Source: Octopus bimaculoides (taxonomy: Eukaryota). Taken from it: a stretch of DNA of 43,490 nt. A program made the translations under genes and the position numbers. The stretch spans positions 329,491-372,980 of the forward strand of contig NC_069007.1 in assembly GCF_001194135.2 (NCBI RefSeq), read 5' to 3'. The notes below the pieces were generated by a model. It searched no databases. It was not told the origin of the DNA and saw only the letters and a list, made by a program, of their open reading frames with translations. Every line of letters starts with the position of its first letter. The stretch's first letter is position 1. Positions 35,771 to 43,490 of the stretch are shown here, in pieces.

Positions 35771-36695
35771 ATCAAGGGTGTAACCATTACAACCATGGGA
35801 AAAGCCAGCGGTGAAAGAAAAGCATATAGCAGGAGATTACAACCACTGACGAGAATTGTCAGGATTGATACGAGAGGACAGACGACTCACAATCCGTCAG
35901 CTCGCCGCACAACTGGACGCTGGTCACAATGCTTACTAGGTGGAAGCTTTTGGTTACCAGAAGGTGTGAGTAAAGTAGATATCTCGGCAATTGATACCCG
36001 ATTCAAACGACAGAAACCTGGAAGTCCGTTCTGACCTGCCAGAAACATTTGGAGCCTTTTGTATCCCAATCAGATCAGAGGGGAGGAAGCAAAACCGATT
36101 TCATGATCCTGAAATGAAGCCTCAGTCCATAGAATGACGTCAAACATCTGCTTTAAGCCCTAAAATATTCAAGAGTCAGGGATTGGCACAAAAGTTCATT
36201 GTGAAGATTATTTCTTTCTTTGAGGGTGGGGGCAGGGGTGTTATTTTCCTTAATATTCTGAAACGTGTCTGTATCATGGACAGTGGAGCATTACAGAAGC
36301 CATAACAAGAGAATCATTGGACGAGAACTTGTAAACGATTCATATTCCACAAGTCAATGCTTGACCACACACCTCTTTGGAAAAAAAAATCAGATAATCG
36401 GAAAATTAGAGTGGTAAATGGTTCCACATTCCATCCCGGATCTGGCACCATTCGACTTCCATCTGTTTGTTTAATAAAGGATGGCCTCCGGCGACGGCAA
36501 TGAAAACAAACTGAAACTGGCAGGGAAAAAGTGTGCGCAGCCGTACAACGAATCGCGACAAATGCATCCATTATGATGGAGAATGTGTTGAATGATAGAA
36601 TTCTACAGAGGAAGAATTACTCTGGGAGATTGACCGACGTCAGATAATGGAAAGATTATGCCCACTTTTGCATTATCTTATGTAAAACGCTCGTA
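35770..36695 (+). mobile_element. Decayed mariner (DD34D-type) transposase
   Basis: LIREDRRLTIRQLAAQL; *ISRQL (WVPRQL); HDPEMKPQSIE*R; NA*PHT (HDNARPH); PDLAPFDFHLF; DKCIHYDGECVE; possible right end cgctcg|TA at 36693. Confidence 0.85.
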
Positions 36696-36710
36696 CATAT
36701 TATGTGTGCA

Positions 36711-36751
<41 letters not shown>

Positions 36752-36759
36752 GCTCGCGT

Positions 36760-36880
36760 AACTGAATATTTCGGCAATATAGACCAATGTAATAGGCACC
36801 ATGCTTAGAAAGAAATAATTAAGTACTAGGGGCGGTACTCCAGCATGGCCTCAGTCTAATGACGGAAAGAAGCAAAAAAA
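36760..36880 (+). mobile_element. SINE family A, 3' fragment
   Basis: ttcggcaatatagacc..ggcggtactccagcatggcc. Confidence 0.7.
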
Positions 36881-37409
36881 CAGTTAAAAAAGATATACAT
36901 ATACAAATATGAATGCATCTGACCATCCAATATACATATGTGCACACACACACACGTACACACACATATATATACATATATATACANNNNNNNNNNNNNN
37001 NNNNNNNNNNNNNNNNNNNNNNNNNNNNNNNNNNNNNNNNNNNNNNNNNNNNNNNNNNNNNNNNNNNNNNNNNNNNNNNNNNNNNNNNNNNNNNNNNNNN
37101 NNNNNNNNNNNNNNNNNNNNNNNNNNNNNNNNNNNNNNNNNNNNNNNNNNNNNNNNNNNNNNNNNNNNNNNNNNNNNNNNNNNNNNNNNATATACATATA
37201 TATACATATATATATATGTTGCAGCCAAGAAACTAAATTTGGAACGCACTAAAGCTGTATGAACAGCAGATGATTGTTTCTTTTTACAGTTTTATGACGG
37301 AAATAAGCTGCCATCTCAATCCTTCTCTGCTTTTTTTACAGCGTTGCGTTCGAAATTTACTTTCTTGCGTGTAAAGTACCAAACACATTCGATGCTTCCA
37401 AAGTTTCTT

Positions 37410-37463
<54 letters not shown>

Positions 37464-39647
37464 CATTGTATAGATCTTACGCCAACAAGTTTTGGGGTCT
37501 GATGATACACCACAAACCTAAACCGTTATGGACGGGAAGCCCAGGGTAATCTCATAAACCGGCCTTCCTCATTTTTAATATATCTATATATATGCGTGTG
37601 TATATGTGTGTGTGTGTGTGCATGTGTGTGTATACATATGTATATAGATTTATATATATGTTTAATATCTGTCCTGACTACGTTTGTCTCTTCGTAAAGT
37701 TAGCTTCTGATCCCTCAAATATAATCGCTAGTCTACAATACATACTTTAATAAGACTAACCGATGGAATTGGCTGAACACGTCAAGTGGACCAAAACTTC
37801 GGTATACACAAATAATTCGATGTACCTATACAAAATCATAACACTCTACACACCTCCGACAAGGATGTGTACCGAACAATACGTTTGGCAAGAAAACACT
37901 AAAAACAGACCACAATGATTATATATCCATTCATACAGATATACACTCACCTGCTCACTCACACACACACATATATACATATATAATATGCTATACTGCA
38001 TGTTTAAAAAAAAATATGTATCTTAGGATTTATTTTTCTATGTGCCGTTGCTTATATCGTACATGCATATATACACATATCTCAATACATCTATCTATTT
38101 ATATCTTTGAAATCACCCACAGACACACACAAATACACAAATAAGTAAATACTGTGTCCCTTTGTGCTGGAGATTATTAAAAAAAATATTTCGACTGAAT
38201 CACATATGTTATTGTTAATCCTTCGTTTTTCTAATCCGCTTTCACTGTTTACTCTAAGACGACTGTCTGTTCTGTATTGGTGGACTTAGTTCAGAGACGT
38301 GTATTTACGTATTCTCTCTTGTCTATTGTCTTCTTGTGTGTTTGCTTTGTTGCTCGTTGTATTTCATTGTCTTTTTCATATCTCTTGGTTTTATTATTAT
38401 TATTATTATTATTATTGTTTTTATTGTTGTTGTTGTCACTGTTGCTGCTGTTATTATGGTAGTGTCTTTTTTTTTTATTTGTTTTGGTATTCTGTAAGAT
38501 TTTATCCTCGCCTCTCAAACTATAATAAATATTCGTATTTCTTTCTTTTTCTGAAGTAAATATTGATGTGTAGTTGTTGTTGCTATCTTGGTTGTAAGGT
38601 GAAAGGTGTTCCGCATATTTTCAATCCATCTAGTTGCCAATAGGTACCACGCTGGGGGGTACTGTTTACTACAAGCTAACCGTACCTTTCTCTCTCTCTC
38701 TCTCTCTCTCACACACATCCAATCTATGTGTCTGTGTGTTTTGTCAGTCAGTCCCTCTGTGTCTCTGTCTGCCTGCTTATATTTCGCTGGTGATACCTAT
38801 TTATGGAGACCTGTTCTGCGGGAAATAGCAGATGCGGAACGAGTCAAAAGTCAGCGAAGAAGGAGGAATCTTGCTCGAGGCAGGTTTTTCTTGGACTCTG
38901 AACAGCACAGTTGGTGCCATTTACAGTGGCTGGAACTGGTATTGAGAGTAATTGTCGCTCTGATATAATTTCATAGAACCCAGATGTAAAATAATGAGAA
39001 AGAGGAGAAGGAGGGAGAGAGGTCTGAGGAGGGACAGAACACGAAGAAGAAGAAGACGAACAAGAACAGGAAGAAGAAGAAGAAGAAGAAGAAGAAGGGC
39101 AGTAGCAGGAGGGCTGTAAAAAGGCAAAGAATGAGACGAAGATTTGTGTTTGCCAATATTGTGTGGTTTGGTCCGTTCCCAAAAGTTGCCTTTTATTGCA
39201 ATCAGATAAAGACTTCAAAACAACAGAATTCTTAAGAATTAAAGAAAATGTGTGTGTATGTGCGTATTTGTGCGTGTGTTTATGTATGTGTGTGTGTGCG
39301 CACTTGTACGCATACATACACAAACGTGAGCATAATACAATTTATACATACGTATGCATAGGCGCTCATATATACACACACACGCGCGCGCACACAAATA
39401 CACACACACATATATATGTATGTGAGTGTGTGTGCATGTGTATGCGTGTGTGTGTGCCTATTCTCTTAATTATTTAAATTCTTCTTCTTCTGAAGAAGTA
39501 GCTGGTTTCTAACAAAGACACAAAACTCCATCGTTTTGAATGTTGATAAAAACAAAGTCACATTTTAAACTTGTGAAATGTCTTGCATACTTTTACTGTT
39601 CCACTTACAGATCGTACATACAAACAGACAGAAACACACACACACAA

Positions 39648-39682
<35 letters not shown>

Positions 39683-40050
39683 TAAATGTGGCTATATTTA
39701 CAATACGTTTCACGTTGAATATCTTCCTCTAACATGTTTGTACGAATGNNNNNNNNNNNNNNNNNNNNNNNNNNNNNNNNNNNNNNNNNNNNNNNNNNNN
39801 NNNNNNNNNNNNNNNNNNNNNNNNNNNNNNNNNNNNNNNNNNNNNNNNNNNNNNNNNNNNNNNNNNNNNNNNNNNNNNNNNNNNNNNNNNNNNNNNNNNN
39901 NNNNNNNNNNNNNNNNNNNNNNNNNNNNNNNNNNNNNNNNNNNNNNNNNNNNNNNNNNNNNNNNNNNNNNNNNNNNNNNNNNNNNNNNNNNNNNNNNNNN
40001 NNNNNNNNNNNNNNNNNNNNNNNNNNNNNNNNNNNNNNNNNNNNNNNNNN

Positions 40051-40245
40051 CCCTCAACCACCATCGCTTGACAACCGATGCTGGTGTGTTTATGCCTCCA
40101 TAGCATAGCGGTTCGGCAAAATAGTCCGATAGAATAAATACTAGGCTTACAAAGAACAAGTCCTGGGGTCGATTTGTTTGACTAATAGGCGGTGCTACAG
40201 CATGGCCGCAGTCAAATGACTGAAACAAGTAAAAGAGTAAAAGAG
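40051..40245 (+). mobile_element. SINE family A, 3' part
   Basis: cgcttgacaaccgatgctggtgtgttt..gcggttcggcaaaa..cagcatggccgcagtcaaatgactgaaacaagtaaaag. Confidence 0.9.
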
Positions 40246-40525
40246 TATGCATGTATATGTGAAACATAAAACGACTAAAAGAATAAAAGGATTAGTTTAG
40301 TGTGGAGGAGGGGAACAGGAGTGGAGAAAGCACAGAACGAGCAGAGGATGGAGTCTGTAGGAGCAGGAGGGGGTGGGAAGAGATAGTGGAACAGCAGCTT
40401 TTGCTTTTACGTTACATGTCGATGTGGAACCGAGGAAATGCAAAGAACACCAAGAACCGAAACGAACAATGCTTTGCATTCTGTTCGATCATCGAACAGT
40501 TCAGAAAATCGAGCACTAGACACAC

Positions 40526-40560
<35 letters not shown>

Positions 40561-41332
40561 TATATGTACTCACACATGTATATACAGATACACACACACG
40601 CACATATATGTATATATACAGACATATATACATATACATACATTTACAGAAGCACGCCTACTGATACACACGCACACATATGCATACATTCACTAACATA
40701 TTCATACGTATATACACCCACACTCATATACCCCGACTCAGACATAAACATATTGAAATGTACCCGACTACCCGACCCACCCGCTTGCCTCCTGACCGAG
40801 CACCAGCACAGCCACCCGTCCAGCTACCGAACCAAAACTATTTATTGTTTCATCTGAGTCTTTTATCTAATTCTTCCTCTGATCTTTGCAATGGCCATAT
40901 TTGGTTCTTCTTTGTCTTCTACCGACTCTCTTTCTCCACACTCTCTCTATCTATCTCTCTCTCTTTCGCTCTTTTCTTCTCTCTCTCTCTCTTTATCATT
41001 TGCTGTCTTCTCCTCCTCCTTTCCTTCATGGAAGTCTGAAGCCGAAACTGGGTGGTGAATTGCGGTTAGAATGGAAAAATTAAAAACAAAAACATTAACA
41101 AAACACACACAGACCCACACACACGCTCACACAAACACACAGAGCTATAGCTATAATAGCAACAAAATATACCTCCATATACACATAAATGTATTCACAG
41201 AAACAAAGTATAACAAAAAGAAACAACGAACACAACACTCAGAGAATAACCGTAAAATAAAAGTCAATTATACAGCGCCTAGTACGCACACATAGATAAA
41301 TACGTACACGCACACACAGACATACACACACA

Positions 41333-41462
41333 CATATATATATACATATTTTTATATAAATAATGCATAAATATATATAAATGCACACAAGCACACACAT
41401 AGATGCATGGATACATATATATACATATTTTTATATAAATAATGCATAAATATATATAAATG
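41333..41462. repeat. ~50-bp duplication with an 80-bp period, next to an N-gap
   Basis: tatacatatttttatataaataatgcataaatatatataaatg at 41341 and 41421. Confidence 0.8.
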
Positions 41463-42434
41463 NNNNNNNNNNNNNNNNNNNNNNNNNNNNNNNNNNNNNN
41501 NNNNNNNNNNNNNNNNNNTATATATATATATATTTCTATATATATAAATATAGCGAGGTACATATACGTATATATTATATACACATACTTACAAATACAC
41601 ACATGAAACGGCGAAACTGGGACACAATATATAATGTATTTACAGAGGAGAAATTATTTAAAATATAAACACACACACACACACACACGCACACATACAT
41701 GTACATACGCAGAGAACAACAAAATCGCACCTGCTTCTATACACATATACACTGAGGCAGTCACTCACAAAATAGTTGGTTTGTTATTAGCAGAGCCGTG
41801 ACGTAAGTGACACTAAGACCTAGAGTTTTGCACCAAAGCACTTATGAAAACAGATATGGGCCGTTGTGTGGCTCACGAAACACGTCGGCTTCTAATTCAA
41901 TAATAAGTACGTATGTATTCTATAGATTCATTATATTCCGTTGTATTGTTCCATGTGTATGAGCACACATACTTGCATATACACACAAGACATGCCTATA
42001 TATATATGCATATATACATACGTATATGTACATACTTACATCTATATGTATATATATAGATGCATGTGTGGGTACAGGACGGCGTCATGAAACGTGTACA
42101 GCAAAAGAGTACGAAGCACGAGTACATGGAACATGAATTATTCTTTCGAACAACGAAAGACACAAATGGAAAACAAAACAAGCAACATAAAGAACGACCC
42201 TTCATCAGTTGTTGGCTGTTTTTCTCCAATGCTGTCGTGTTATTAAGACAAAGGGACGGGTTTATTGTCCAGAGATTAGAGAACATTGGTGGAGACGTGC
42301 TTTTGGATAAACAGACATCATCAGAATGACAGTTGTCCAATCTTAACTGTTAGGATGTACAGGTTCGCAACACAATAAGTACAAAGCCACGTACTTTCAC
42401 AAGTACCACACATTGGTAAATGTGCTGGCCTTAG

Positions 42435-42630
42435 CCAAAAAGCAGTAGATCATTAGTAAAGACATAGTACCGCATTTGTCCCGGATTTCTAGGTTCCGAT
42501 TTCAAATCCCATTGACAGCAACTTTGCTTTGCATCCCTTCAGGGTGTGAGGTTAATGAAATAAAGCACCAATCATTTATTGAGACTAATTTTAATCGCCC
42601 CCCCCTGCAATCTCTGTCCTTGTGCCTAAA
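42435..42630 (+). mobile_element. Old SINE family B-like copy
   Basis: gatttcaaatccc..caactttgctttgcatcccttcaggg..aataaagcacc. Confidence 0.5.
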
Positions 42631-42887
42631 TTGCACGCGCACACGTACACACACAAACACATACACACACACACACACACACTGTATATATAGACAGCTG
42701 TGTGCAATGTGCTCATAAATATGACTAAGGTGTTAGAAAACCGACGCTGCTACAGATAAGGGTTAAAATGCTCGAATGCTGCGGTTAAAGCACATAATTG
42801 TATACATATGCACCGACAGGGGCTGTAACCACCCGAAAAACCGGTCGAGAATTCAATATACATACATATATATATATATACATACAA

Positions 42888-42924
<37 letters not shown>

Positions 42925-42985
42925 GTAAATATATAAAAATAAAAAGAGAGCAATGGTAAGGTTGGAGAATTATTTTATCGATAGG

Positions 42986-43034
42986 GTCTTACAGCTGTTT
43001 CTGGGGAGATCCAGTACTTCCCTTCATCGGAGAC
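42986..43034 (-). ncRNA. Second copy of the hammerhead variant, one mismatch in stem II
   Basis: Minus strand gtct-CCGATGA-a-gggaag[tactggat]ctcccc-a-GAA-acagctgt-A-agac. Confidence 0.55.
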
Positions 43035-43204
43035 AGAAAAAATAAAGTAATCTATTATTATATTCATAGGCGGATATTTTTAGTATGAAGTGGTAAAGAG
43101 TGTGATGCGCTGAAAGTGTAGTTTCCAGAATGAAACTACACTTCAAGTACTGTTCTCTCTTTTTTCCGCCTATGAATATAATAATAGATTACTTTATTTT
43201 TTCT

Positions 43205-43253
43205 GTCTCCGATGAAGGGAAGTACTGGATCTTCCCAGAAACAGCTGTAAGAC
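43205..43253 (+). ncRNA. Minimal type I hammerhead ribozyme variant (dimer-type)
   Basis: gtct-CCGATGA-a-gggaag[tactggat]cttccc-a-GAA-acagctgt-A-agac: stem I gtct/agac, stem II 6 bp, stem III an 8-nt palindrome, GUA cleavage triplet. Confidence 0.65.
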
Positions 43254-43457
43254 CCTATCCATAAAATAATTCTCCAACATTACCATTGCTCTCTTTATCT
43301 TTTTATTTCTTATATATTTACATATACACACGCTAATACGCAACTTATAATCCCCAATCCTGTTCATACAACGACTGGGGCAAACTAATCGGTATACAGC
43401 ACTTACTCGGTATTACCTGTATCCTCTTGGGTTTGGTTAAATCCAATACCCTCCTCA

Positions 43458-43490
<33 letters not shown>

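Larger units (their letters stand above)
42920..43326. mobile_element. Large inverted repeat (PLE pLTR-like) with ~155-bp arms and a 90-bp spacer
   Basis: 42943-43074 versus 43165-43296: 132 bp with 3 mismatches; the spacer holds the 12-bp hairpin aagtgtagtttc/gaaactacactt (43114-43143). Confidence 0.92.

Noticed and set aside
41790-41892. ggctcacGAAacacgtCggc as a hammerhead 3' half
   Set aside because: No intact CUGANGA box upstream.

Overview
AT-rich, microsatellite-dense eukaryotic DNA with 11 N-gaps. The repeated tRNA-derived SINE families look like those I recall from Octopus, so this is probably a coleoid cephalopod draft scaffold (inference). Most ORF-track entries are artefacts of (TA)n/(CA)n runs or N-gaps. 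Supportable content: about 15 SINE copies in 3 families; three decayed Tc1/mariner elements; a Penelope-like (PLE) RT/GIY-YIG relic; two tandem R4/Dong-type LINE 3' ends; a Ty3/Gypsy RNase H + PPT + intact LTR with Gmr1-like domain order; a 28S rRNA fragment spanning the P-loop to the peptidyl-transferase centre; and one well-bounded coding exon of an unidentified + strand gene, with weaker candidate partner exons including an 18-nt microexon. The most interesting signal is a near-perfect inverted repeat at 42.9-43.3 kb with a minimal, dimer-type hammerhead-ribozyme variant in each arm. Folds, alignments and family calls were done by eye; no searches were run.
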